Below, in pieces: positions 29,141 through 38,047 of a stretch of 64,000 bases of DNA. Under the pieces are notes generated by a model. The model worked only from the letters and a program-made list of their open reading frames with translations, did no database searches and had not been told where the DNA came from. Position 1 is the first letter of the stretch. The number at the start of each line of letters is the position of its first letter. The translations under genes were made by a program, and so were the position numbers. This DNA is from Elusimicrobiota bacterium (GTDB lineage: Bacteria > Elusimicrobiota > Elusimicrobia > F11). The DNA is taken from contig JBGAON010000001.1 of assembly GCA_044221725.1 (NCBI GenBank), positions 288,001 through 352,000 of the forward strand. Reading direction: 5' to 3'.

Positions 29141-30154
29141 ATGTTCCGTCTGAAAAACCTCGAAATAGCATCCCCGATTATCCAATCGCCAATGGCTGGC
29201 TGCACCGACCTTGCTTACCGGTTGGTGTCCCGGCGCCGCGGTTTGGCGTTTTGTTTCCTCGAAATGATTTCGGCAAACGGCTTTATGCACGAAAGTCGCA
29301 AGACCCGCGAACTTATGAAAACCGTGGGAGAGGACAGCCCGGTCGGTATCCAATTTATGGGTTGTGACCCCGATGTAATGGCAACGGCCGCTGCGCGTGC
29401 CGAAGAGATGGGATTCCATCTCGTTGATATGAATTTGGGCTGCCCCGTTCGCAAGGTCACCTCCACCGGTGCCGGCGCGGCAATGCTGAAAGATCCGAAA
29501 AATACCGAACAAGTCTTCAAAAAAGTCGTGAGCGCCGTGAAATCGATTCCGGTGACAATCAAAATGCGACTGGGTTATGAAGATGCCAGCGGCAACGAGG
29601 CTGTGGAAATCGCGAAGATTGCCGAAGCGAATGGGATTTCTGCCATCACCGTGCACGGTCGAACGCGCGCACAAGGATACACCGGCAAGGCGAATTGGGC
29701 TGCGATCGGTAAAGTAAAAGCGGCGGTGAAGATCCCGGTGCTGGGCAACGGCGACGTTGTCACGGCGGCGGATGCAAAGAAGCTCCAACAGGAAAGCGGT
29801 TGCGATGGCATCATGATCGGGCGCGGCGGCCTGGGGAACCCGTGGCTTTTTAAACAGATCCATGAGCAATTGTTCGAAAACAAAGAGCCTGCACCGCCCT
29901 CAACCGACGACCGCATGAACGCGGTGCTCGAACACATGGAGCTAGAGGTGAAGTACGAAGGAGAACAAAAAGCGGTTTTTCATATGCGCCGCATTGGTTC
30001 GTGGTACATTTCGGGTGTGACAAACGCAGCTCATTGGCGCTCCGAGCTCGTGCGGTGCCGCACAATCCCCGAGATTCGCAATGTGCTCATGAAGGCGTTA
30101 ACCGAGTCCAAAGAGTTTAAGGTCGTGGCATCCACGATGACGGAAGGCCAGTGA
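29141..30154 (+). CDS. dusB: tRNA-dihydrouridine synthase B
   Basis: SPMAG.TD, DMNLGCP..KV, K.RLG, TVHGRTR, NGDV, MIGRGGLGNPW. Confidence 0.93.
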   Translation: MFRLKNLEIASPIIQSPMAGCTDLAYRLVSRRRGLAFCFLEMISANGFMHESRKTRELMKTVGEDSPVGIQFMGCDPDVMATAAARAEEMGFHLVDMNLGCPVRKVTSTGAGAAMLKDPKNTEQVFKKVVSAVKSIPVTIKMRLGYEDASGNEAVEIAKIAEANGISAITVHGRTRAQGYTGKANWAAIGKVKAAVKIPVLGNGDVVTAADAKKLQQESGCDGIMIGRGGLGNPWLFKQIHEQLFENKEPAPPSTDDRMNAVLEHMELEVKYEGEQKAVFHMRRIGSWYISGVTNAAHWRSELVRCRTIPEIRNVLMKALTESKEFKVVASTMTEGQ

Positions 30155-31089
30155 CGCGAACAGTTGTTCTGTGCGCGACAGCTCTGTTCGTGATGGCGTC
30201 CTTGCACGCCTCCGATCCAATGGACAACCTGATCGAGCAAGAGAAAAGAGCGCAAGAAGAGCTAAAGGCGAATGATGAAGATTTGCCGCCCGCGTATTTT
30301 TGGGGAGACAAGAGCGCTGTCGAAATAGTTTCTGGTTCGGCGCTCGCCGAAAAATCCAATGTTATTTGCGATCATCTCGAACTCGATGAATTAATTGAAT
30401 TATCGCGCGGTAATCCGGCGGATCTTGAAACGGAACTCAACACCGATCTGCCACGTGTTGGTGCGATGCTCGGCCAGAGTTGTTTGATTCATTCGAACGA
30501 CACATTGGTCGCCATCGGCAAAGGATGGCAGAAAAACGTTACGGTTGGCTCCTTTCTGGTTCGGAAATCCGGCGCGCTTTGTCAGTCTGATTCAGCCAAT
30601 ACGCTGTGGATGAAGTTAAAGGAATCGCTTGCCGATGAGCCGCTGTTTTTTTCGAGCGCCGAAGTGCCGACCGATATCGATAACCATTATTTCGAACTGA
30701 AGGAGCTCCCGTTATTCGACCGTGAAGCCGCCATTCGGAAGCGACTTGTAAAAAACGTCCCGGATCTAACAGAGTTTGGAGTGAAAAGCGTCGCGTTGCA
30801 CGGCGCCAGCGCCACCGAGCTTTTCGTTTTGCGCCGGAAAACCGCAACGCTTGAGGACGACCAGCTACCAAACGAAATGCTCATCTGGGATGATGGTGTC
30901 GACCCGAAAACTTTGTGGATGGAGCGCGTGGACATCAACAAGGGGTCGGGTCACTTGAGGGTGGACGCGTCGTTGGATTTCAACCAAGACGGCATTTCCG
31001 ATGTTATCGTGTCCGGAGACCATAATGGCTGCGTGTATCGCAAGGTCTTTCAAGGCACAAAAGATGGTTTTTCCATCACCTTGTTTTGA
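30151..31089 (+). CDS. Exported hypothetical protein with FG-GAP-like Ca-binding motif
   Basis: Signal peptide; DFNQDGISDVIV. Confidence 0.55.
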   Translation: MTRTVVLCATALFVMASLHASDPMDNLIEQEKRAQEELKANDEDLPPAYFWGDKSAVEIVSGSALAEKSNVICDHLELDELIELSRGNPADLETELNTDLPRVGAMLGQSCLIHSNDTLVAIGKGWQKNVTVGSFLVRKSGALCQSDSANTLWMKLKESLADEPLFFSSAEVPTDIDNHYFELKELPLFDREAAIRKRLVKNVPDLTEFGVKSVALHGASATELFVLRRKTATLEDDQLPNEMLIWDDGVDPKTLWMERVDINKGSGHLRVDASLDFNQDGISDVIVSGDHNGCVYRKVFQGTKDGFSITLF

Positions 31090-31120
31090 AATAGGGCATC
31101 TTGTAAGCTTTTAAAAATCC

Positions 31121-31819
31121 ATGGAGATTTTTGTCCGCTTGTTATTCGGCCATCTGTTGGCCGATTTTACTTTCCAAACCAATTTCATTGCCGACTGGAA
31201 GCGTCGTGAGTTCTTGGGACTCATGGTCCATGTTCTTATTCATCCTCTCTGCTACATCGCTGCTACCTGGCCATTTATGAATGAGGTTTGGCGAATTTAC
31301 GGTTCGGTATCCCTCACTGGCTGGACATGCGTGCTGCTCGCCTCGTTGGTCCACTTTTTTGAGGATTGGTTCCGCGTCACGGTTATCGCCCGTGGTTGGA
31401 ATGATAATACGCTGTTTTATTTGTGGGACCAGGCCGTACACATTATCAGCCTATGGTTTCTCTCACCGGTCACCGGTTATCCCATTGTAAACGATTGGCC
31501 TTTGCTGGGCGTTTTGTTCGTGCTGGTCACTCATTGCGCTACGGTCACTATTTGGTTCATCGAAAAAGACATCTATGGAAGAGAATTTCCGGAAACCGAA
31601 GAGAAATATATTTCGATTCTGCAGCGGCTCGTGGTTTGGCTTGCGTTCTTTTTGCCACATCCGTGGTGGATTTTGGTTCTCGCGTTTGTGCTTTTTAGCT
31701 TTGGTCGCCACGTTTGGACCCGCCGCGTGGATTTCAGTTGGACCAGTGTGATCATGGGGAATTTCATTGCGGTTCTCTGTGGTGTTGTTTCACGTTTTGT
31801 TTTAAAGTTTCATTTCTAA
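31121..31819 (+). CDS. DUF3307-family membrane protein
   Basis: GHLLADFTFQT, H..IH, HFFED, WDQAVH. Confidence 0.8.
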   Translation: MEIFVRLLFGHLLADFTFQTNFIADWKRREFLGLMVHVLIHPLCYIAATWPFMNEVWRIYGSVSLTGWTCVLLASLVHFFEDWFRVTVIARGWNDNTLFYLWDQAVHIISLWFLSPVTGYPIVNDWPLLGVLFVLVTHCATVTIWFIEKDIYGREFPETEEKYISILQRLVVWLAFFLPHPWWILVLAFVLFSFGRHVWTRRVDFSWTSVIMGNFIAVLCGVVSRFVLKFHF

Positions 31820-31843
31820 AATTCCTCGTTTCACCTGTCAGCG

Positions 31844-31981
31844 ATGAGCAAAAAGAAAAAAGTGGCCGTTCGCCGTACTTGGAAAATCAATCCCGCCACG
31901 CGAGTGGAAAAACCTGCGAAGGCTTACGACCGTAAGAAAGAAAAGGCTCGTCTTCGTTCGTTATTAAAGGAACTGCAATGA
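31844..31981 (+). CDS. 45-aa basic small protein, candidate ArfA-like ribosome rescue factor (not in ORF track)
   Basis: MSKKKKVAVRRTWKINPATRVEKPAKAYDRKKEKARLRSLLKELQ; fills the intergenic gap; ATGA overlap with cls. Confidence 0.7.
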   Translation: MSKKKKVAVRRTWKINPATRVEKPAKAYDRKKEKARLRSLLKELQ

Positions 31982-33417
31982 ACCACCCCTCTTCATTTGC
32001 GCCGGAAATTTTAATGGTGGCGATAAGTCTTGGTGCCACGCTCCACATATTGCTTCGCAGGCGCAATCCCTACGCGGCGTTGTGGTGGATTTGTCTTGTG
32101 TGGTTGCTGCCATGTATAGGGGCGCTGCTCTATTATTTTTTCGGAATCAATCGCATCGAACGGCGTGCCACGTGGTTACGCCGGCATGTCATTTCAAGGT
32201 CGGAGGAATCTCCGCATTTAATCCTTACCGATTCCATCGACGAAAACGCGATTTCATTTGAAATGCGGCATCTCGTTTCGGTGTGCCGCGTGGTTGAGAA
32301 CGTTGTCAAACTTCCTTTGACAAGGGGCAATCGCATTACGCCGCTGGTCGGCGGCGACGACGCGTTCACGGCGATGCTTGAAGCAATCGATGCGGCCGAA
32401 AAATCCATCGGCTTATCCACCTATATCTTCGAATATGACGCGATCGGCCAGAAATTTATCGCGGCATTATCGAAGGCGGTGGCGCGCGGTGTGCGTGTAC
32501 GCGTTTTGATTGATGACGTCGGTTCGGGATGGCATTGGAAATCTGTGCATCACGAACTCGAGCGACAGAAAGTGCCGGTTTCGTATTTTATGCCCACGCT
32601 GGTTCCTTGGCGATTGGCCTATTTCAATCTGCGCAGCCACCGAAAGATTTTAACGATTGACGGCAAGGTCGCGTTCACCGGCGGCATGAATATCACCGCT
32701 TCCCACAGCGCGAAAAGTTTACCGAGCAACCCGGCCGAAGATGTGCATTTTCGACTCGAAGGACCGGTGGTCGCGCATGTGCAAGAAGCTTTTCGAGCGG
32801 ATTGGCATTTTTCGACCGAGGAGATTTTGGGCGGCGAAGCGTGGTTCCCGAATCTCTATGAAGTGGGTCTTACCTACGCCCGCGGAATTGCGGACGGCCC
32901 CGATGAAGATTTTGAAAAGTGCAAGCTGACGATGTTGGGCGCGCTCGCGCACGCGAAGCGGTCTGTTCGTATCATGACGCCGTATCTCATTCCCGATGCG
33001 GCGATGATCTCGTCGATCAATTTGGCTGCGCTCAGCGGTGTGCAGGTTGATTTGGTGCTTCCCGATGAGAACGATATGGCGTTGGTTGGCTGGGCCACCC
33101 AGGCGTATCTGTGGGAATTTTTGCAGCGCGGTGTGCGTGTGTGGCGGACGCCGCCACCTTTTAATCATGCGAAATTGATGGTGGTGGACGGTGGTTGGAC
33201 ACTTTTTGGTTCAACCAATTGGGATCCGCGCAGTTTGCGGCTCAACTTTGAGTTCAATGTGGAATGTTACGGGCGCGAGCTCGCGCTTTCAATCGAGGAA
33301 TTCATCGACAGCAAAATTCGCACCGCGCACAAGATTACGTTGGCCGAAATGGATTTCCGCCCGTTCCCTATAAAACTGCGGGACGGCGTAGCGCGACTGT
33401 TCTCGCCGATGCTGTAG
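31978..33417 (+). CDS. cls: Cardiolipin synthase
   Basis: PLDc_N TM region; two HKD motifs (HRKILTIDG, HAKLMVVDG). Confidence 0.92.
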   Translation: MNHPSSFAPEILMVAISLGATLHILLRRRNPYAALWWICLVWLLPCIGALLYYFFGINRIERRATWLRRHVISRSEESPHLILTDSIDENAISFEMRHLVSVCRVVENVVKLPLTRGNRITPLVGGDDAFTAMLEAIDAAEKSIGLSTYIFEYDAIGQKFIAALSKAVARGVRVRVLIDDVGSGWHWKSVHHELERQKVPVSYFMPTLVPWRLAYFNLRSHRKILTIDGKVAFTGGMNITASHSAKSLPSNPAEDVHFRLEGPVVAHVQEAFRADWHFSTEEILGGEAWFPNLYEVGLTYARGIADGPDEDFEKCKLTMLGALAHAKRSVRIMTPYLIPDAAMISSINLAALSGVQVDLVLPDENDMALVGWATQAYLWEFLQRGVRVWRTPPPFNHAKLMVVDGGWTLFGSTNWDPRSLRLNFEFNVECYGRELALSIEEFIDSKIRTAHKITLAEMDFRPFPIKLRDGVARLFSPML

Positions 33418-33459
33418 ATGTTTTGGTACACTCCGGCCCCGCCAAATTACTCACCCAAT

Positions 33460-33531
33460 GTGGCCATAGCTCAGCGGAAGAGCACTTGCCTACGAAGCAA
33501 GGGGTCGCAGGTTCAAATCCTGCTGGCCACG
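33460..33531 (+). tRNA. tRNA-Arg(ACG)
   Basis: GTGGCCA acceptor stem; CTTGC-CT-ACG-AA-GCAAG; GGTTCAAATCC. Confidence 0.95.
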
Positions 33532-34952
33532 GATTTCATGATTAAGTCCCGGTTCATCTTTGTTTGAATGTGTTCCGGGTGTTGAACCAGAACCTCGTCT
33601 AAAATCTTCAGTCCCTCCTCTTCTTTGCCGGTCTTCCAGAGCGCAAGCGCGAGAATATTTTGGGCTCCCGGATTATCCGGCCTCATTGCGAGAGATTGCC
33701 GTTCGAGCGATATGGCTTCGACATAGTTATGTTCCTGGTAATAAATGAGACCAAGATTCGCTCGAACAATGGACGACGTGGGGAATCTTAATGCCCATTG
33801 GTAAAGTTCCTTATCTGTTTTCCGGTGATAGATATTGAGCCATCCGAGAGAAACCCAAGCGACAACCACCGCGAAAATAGCGTAGGTGGAAATTAGCGGC
33901 TGGTTTTTTTCTTCGGCCAATTTAGCGACAATCCATGCCAGCCACACGCAGGCTCCAATGCCACTGACGTAAGCCCAGTGATCCAGCATCAACGAATTGG
34001 TGGCGAGGAGCGGAAGTTTTGGTAGGAAACCGATAAGAAACCATCCAAGCCCGAACAACAATTCCTTCGATTTTTTTTGGATTGCGAAGAGCACGAATAG
34101 TCCCCAAAGGATTGGGCTTACAAACATCCAAGGCGGATAAAAAACCATTCGTCTGTGAGAATGCAGATCGGTCGGAAAAAGAAACGTGCCCACGTAACTG
34201 GTAAAGATCGTTGGAAGATCCTGCCCCAAAAACAACAAGAGCGATTTTGGTTCAAATTTTGGTGCGGAGCTTGCGAGGGCATGACTGCGCAAAACCAGAT
34301 ACGTAACGCAGATAACGGCGTACCCGATGTAGCGTTTCCAATCTCTGCGAAAGGAGGGGAATAGCAATCCAATGAGTCCAATCCCGAGCGGCGCGACGAC
34401 GCCGCTTTCTTTGCTAAAACACGCAAGCGCGTAGCATGCCAGTGAACCAAGATATGCATAATGGTGGCGCAACAAACTGAGCCAAATCGTCAAAAGCACG
34501 AACGCCAAAGACATTAATTCTGCGCGACCCGCTGTGACAAGGAACTGTTCAACCACGATGGGATTGACCGCGAATAACACAGCAGCGCTAAAAGCAGTGC
34601 GGGTATCTTCGAACAACAAATTGAGAAGGGAAAAAAGCGCGAGCGTGCTTAGTATATGGAACAGCAGATTTGTTAAGTGATAACCGAACGGATTAAGCTT
34701 CCATATCCGATAGTCGATCATATTGGCTAAGGTCTGAATGGGTCGATAATAATCATCCCCTTTCCCATCGAACACATCGCTGGAAAACGCCTGCTTTATG
34801 GCAAGGAGTGAAATTGTTCTAATTTTTTCGTTTTTCTCGACAGTCTCGTGGTCGTCCCAGAAGAATCCGAGTCGCAACGTCGGGCAAAATGCCAAGAATG
34901 CAAAAAAGATTAGAGACCAATAGTATCGCCGGGTTTGCGAAGCGTCGTTCAT
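33513..34952 (-). CDS. TMTC-like GT-C glycosyltransferase with C-terminal TPRs
   Basis: FFWDD, YYRPI, GYHLTNLLFH, FAVNP, GRAEL, SKESG, TPR tail; alternative start 34985. Confidence 0.8.
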   Translation of the reverse strand: MNDASQTRRYYWSLIFFAFLAFCPTLRLGFFWDDHETVEKNEKIRTISLLAIKQAFSSDVFDGKGDDYYRPIQTLANMIDYRIWKLNPFGYHLTNLLFHILSTLALFSLLNLLFEDTRTAFSAAVLFAVNPIVVEQFLVTAGRAELMSLAFVLLTIWLSLLRHHYAYLGSLACYALACFSKESGVVAPLGIGLIGLLFPSFRRDWKRYIGYAVICVTYLVLRSHALASSAPKFEPKSLLLFLGQDLPTIFTSYVGTFLFPTDLHSHRRMVFYPPWMFVSPILWGLFVLFAIQKKSKELLFGLGWFLIGFLPKLPLLATNSLMLDHWAYVSGIGACVWLAWIVAKLAEEKNQPLISTYAIFAVVVAWVSLGWLNIYHRKTDKELYQWALRFPTSSIVRANLGLIYYQEHNYVEAISLERQSLAMRPDNPGAQNILALALWKTGKEEEGLKILDEVLVQHPEHIQTKMNRDLIMKSVASRI

Positions 34953-34971
34953 GTGCCGGCCGCAATCATAA

Positions 34972-35451
34972 ATGAAACAATCCAAATTAAATAGTGAAAA
35001 TCATATAGAAAGAATGTCGCGCGTTATGGCGTTGGCGGGTACCGCCGCCAAAAAAGGTGAAGTGCCGATCGCGGCTATGCTCGTTAAAGATCGGGAAGTC
35101 ATCGCACGCGCCCACAACTTAACGCGGACTTGGCGCGATCCCACGGCGCACGCAGAGATCGTTGTCATTCAAAAGGCGATTGCGCGATTGAAAAACGAAC
35201 GGTTTTTGAATACCACACTTTATGTTACGCTCGAACCATGTCCGATGTGTGCCGGAGCGATCGTTCAGGCGCGCATTCCGACGGTGGTTTATGGTGCCAA
35301 CGATTTAAAAGCAGGGGCGTGCGGAACGGTTTTCAAGATTCTGCCGTCAAAGAAACTAAATCATCGGCCGCTCGTTGTAAGAGGAGTTCTGGCGGAAGAA
35401 TCTGTTAAACTGCTGCAGAAGTTTTTTAAGGATAGAAGAAAGTCGAAATGA
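34972..35451 (+). CDS. tadA: tRNA adenosine(34) deaminase
   Basis: GEVPIAA, DPTAHAEI, TLEPCPMCAGA, LNHR. Confidence 0.93.
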   Translation: MKQSKLNSENHIERMSRVMALAGTAAKKGEVPIAAMLVKDREVIARAHNLTRTWRDPTAHAEIVVIQKAIARLKNERFLNTTLYVTLEPCPMCAGAIVQARIPTVVYGANDLKAGACGTVFKILPSKKLNHRPLVVRGVLAEESVKLLQKFFKDRRKSK

Positions 35452-35573
35452 GCCTCCCTTCGCTGAAGCTAGCTACGGGGGGCGGCCTTCGCCTCTTATT
35501 AAAGTTGCGTTGGTTCGGAGCGAACACCCGGCTTGCCGGCCGTAGCTCCGAACGTCTGTGAGGAGCGAAGGCC
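35452..35573. repeat. Composite REP-like palindromic element (left of tmRNA)
   Basis: CTTCGCT..AGCTACGG..GCCTTCGCC unit plus inverted GGCTTGCCGGCCGTAGCTCC..GGAGCGAAGGCC unit. Confidence 0.7.
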
Positions 35574-35925
35574 GGGGGTGACCTGGTTTCGACGGTGGTT
35601 GTGTGAGTGATTGTTGCAGGTCGGGGTTGGTCGACGGCCCCGTTATCAAGTCGGCCAAACTAGTAACTGCCAACTCGCAAGAGATGGCTCTCGCAGCCTA
35701 ATACGCTGTGACGTTCTGCCCGAAACGCCCGGTATCGGGACAGAACGCCATTACCGGGATCGGTTGGTTGGGCGCGTCTCGTCCCAATTGGCTTAAATCA
35801 AACGAGGCTGGCCGTGCCGCGGTTCTGTCTCGTGACAACGACGCGGCGAGATAAAAGACGAGGCTAAACCTGTAGCGACAACACAAATGCCCCATCGGAC
35901 GCGGGTTCGATTCCCGCCACCTCCA
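35574..35925 (+). ncRNA. ssrA: tmRNA; tag peptide (A)ANSQEMALAA at 35669-35701
   Basis: 5' GGGGGTGA..GGTTTCGAC; 3' GGACGCGGGTTCGATTCCCGCCACCTCCA; G3:U70 pair; TAACT-GCC resume context. Confidence 0.96.
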
Positions 35926-36059
35926 GTCTTCGCACTACAACCTAATTAATTTAATAAGGATGTAGTGCTACGCCTGGCAGGCCAGTCGAGCATCGTTCGG
36001 AGCGAAGCGAAATTAATAAAGGCGAAGACTGTCCCGCGTAGCCAACGGCGAAGTGGGAC
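35926..36059. repeat. Composite REP-like palindromic element (right of tmRNA, inverted relative to the left one)
   Basis: CTTCGCACTACA..TGTAGTGCTACGCCTGGCAGGCC plus GGCGAAGACTGTCCCGCGTAGCC..GGCGAAGTGGGAC. Confidence 0.7.
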
Positions 36060-36075
36060 AAATCATAAGGACTCC

Positions 36076-36576
36076 ATGACAAGCGTTCTCAATAAACTCA
36101 AAAAACTCTTCCATTCCGAAATCCAAACCGGTGACATCGCGCCGGATTTTGAACTCTCGTCTCAGTCCGGATCAAAAGTCCGTTTGAGCGATTTCCGCGG
36201 AAAAAAGTCTGTCGTCCTTTATTTTTATCCGAAGGATGATACGTACGGCTGTATTGCGGAATCGTGCGAATTCAGAGATCAGTACGAGATTTTCAAAGAA
36301 AAGGGTGCCGAGGTGATCGGTGTCAGTTCGGATAATCCAGATTCACATGTTCGATTCGCTGCCAAATACCGTTTGCCGTTCACGCTTCTCAGCGATGAAC
36401 AGAACAAAGTGCGAAAGTTATACGGTGTGCCAGCCACCATGGGTTTCATCCCGGGCCGCGTGACCTACATCATCGATCGGCAGGGAAAGGTGCGGCACGT
36501 TTTCAATTCGCAGTTCAGCCCCAAATCCCACGTGGATCAAGCTCTCGCGATCCTTCGTGAGTGCGACCGTTGTTAA
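36076..36576 (+). CDS. bcp: Peroxiredoxin Q / BCP
   Basis: APDFEL, VLYFYPKDDTYGC..ESC.FRD, GRVTYIID; SD AAGGA upstream. Confidence 0.9.
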   Translation: MTSVLNKLKKLFHSEIQTGDIAPDFELSSQSGSKVRLSDFRGKKSVVLYFYPKDDTYGCIAESCEFRDQYEIFKEKGAEVIGVSSDNPDSHVRFAAKYRLPFTLLSDEQNKVRKLYGVPATMGFIPGRVTYIIDRQGKVRHVFNSQFSPKSHVDQALAILRECDRC

Positions 36577-37166
36577 ACTCGCTCATCCACTTTGTGCAGT
36601 TGGCGCAAGCCAATTTCTGGTTATCCGTGGGCTACTACGTAATTTTTGTATTTGGCACGATGTTTCTGCCTATTACACCGTTTCCAATCGCCGGTGGTGT
36701 CCTGTTCCCGTTTTGGATTGCGCTTCCGCTAAATATACTGGCCGCAACGGCCGGAGCGTGGCTTTCGTTCATGGTAACACGCACCTTTGGCCACAAGGCG
36801 GTGCACCAATTTCTTGTGCGCAGATTTCCATCGTTTGACAAGGTGGCCGACATGGAAGGTTTTCGAACCGTTTTAATTCTTAGGTTGGTCGGCATACCAC
36901 CGTTCATCGTGTCGAATTACGCTCTTGGCTTTTCTGAAGTGAGACACCGGGACTTTTTGTTCGGAACGATGGTTGGATTGTTGCCGTGGATGACGATCGT
37001 GAGTTTTCTGTCTCATTCTTTGTGGGATGCTATCCTCGTTGGCGGAGAAAAAGGCCTTACAAAAGCACTGGCTCACGCTTTGGGCCCATTGACGATTGTG
37101 TCGGTTCTTGTGGCAGCGATTTTCTTGGTTAAGTTTTTGATTAAGAAAAGAAAGTCGGCTATCTGA
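36561..37166 (+). CDS. TVP38/TMEM64 (DedA, SNARE-associated) membrane protein
   Basis: P.TPF.IAGG.LF, ILRLVGIPPFIVSNYALG, F..GT..GLLP. Confidence 0.88.
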   Translation: MRPLLNSLIHFVQLAQANFWLSVGYYVIFVFGTMFLPITPFPIAGGVLFPFWIALPLNILAATAGAWLSFMVTRTFGHKAVHQFLVRRFPSFDKVADMEGFRTVLILRLVGIPPFIVSNYALGFSEVRHRDFLFGTMVGLLPWMTIVSFLSHSLWDAILVGGEKGLTKALAHALGPLTIVSVLVAAIFLVKFLIKKRKSAI

Positions 37167-37167
37167 G

Positions 37168-37860
37168 TTACTCGAACTTGTAGCCAAAGCCTTCGATTGT
37201 GACCACGTGTTTCGCGCCTTCGGGTCCCAGTTTCTGCCGAAGACGTTTGATTGTGGCGTCTACCGTGCGGTCCGTCACCGGATAGTCGGTGCCCCAAACG
37301 GTTTCAACCAAATAACTGCGGCTTAGCACCTGTGGACTTTTCTTCATCAGCACATACAACAAATCGAACTCTTTTCTGGTAAGCCGTCCTTTGGCTACGC
37401 CGTCCACTTCCACCATGATCTGATCGACGAGAATACGCACGTTCGCACGTTCGAGAATTTTTTCGGCCGGATTTTCGTGTAACGTGCGACGTAGAATTGC
37501 GCGAATCCGGGCCACTAATTCCTTTGGTTCGAACGGCTTGGGCAGGTAATCGTCCGCGCCGAGTTCCAATCCTTTGACTTTGTCTTGGACGTTCGCTTGA
37601 GCGGTAAGCATGAGAATCGGGATGTGCCGAATCGCTGGGTCCTGCCGCATGACGCGGCATACTTCCATTCCCGGAATGTCTGGCAATCCAAGGTCTAGAA
37701 TAATAAGGTCGGGTTTTTCATCGTGTGCCATAGTGATGCCGGTTCCGCCGCGCGGCGTGGAAACCACCGAAAATCCTTCTTTTGGCAGGATGCTGTCGAA
37801 CAACATCAGAATTGCTTCGTCGTCATCGATGGCGAGTACTTTTGATTTAAGCGCGTCCAT
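37168..37860 (-). CDS. OmpR/PhoB-family response regulator
   Basis: IDDD, ILDLGLP, GADDYLPKPF, LTRKEFDLL, RTVD.TI.RLRQKL; SD GGAGG. Confidence 0.93.
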   Translation of the reverse strand: MDALKSKVLAIDDDEAILMLFDSILPKEGFSVVSTPRGGTGITMAHDEKPDLIILDLGLPDIPGMEVCRVMRQDPAIRHIPILMLTAQANVQDKVKGLELGADDYLPKPFEPKELVARIRAILRRTLHENPAEKILERANVRILVDQIMVEVDGVAKGRLTRKEFDLLYVLMKKSPQVLSRSYLVETVWGTDYPVTDRTVDATIKRLRQKLGPEGAKHVVTIEGFGYKFE

Positions 37861-38047
37861 GTCCAACCTCCGAGCGGAACTGTTCCATAGGGCTACAGGA
37901 AATATATGCCTGGTCTACGTCGGAAAATCAACCGGATTATTTTGTCATCGATTTGCCTTCATTTTGCCACCCGTTTGTCACAGTCTTCCCGAATCTTGAG
38001 GTGTCCGCTGGAAGGCTGCTTTTCAGAGCTGTTAGAATGGCCGCACT

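Noticed and set aside
35965..36075. N-terminal extension of bcp in the ORF track
   Set aside because: Runs through the palindromic element; the SD and homology begin at ATG 36076
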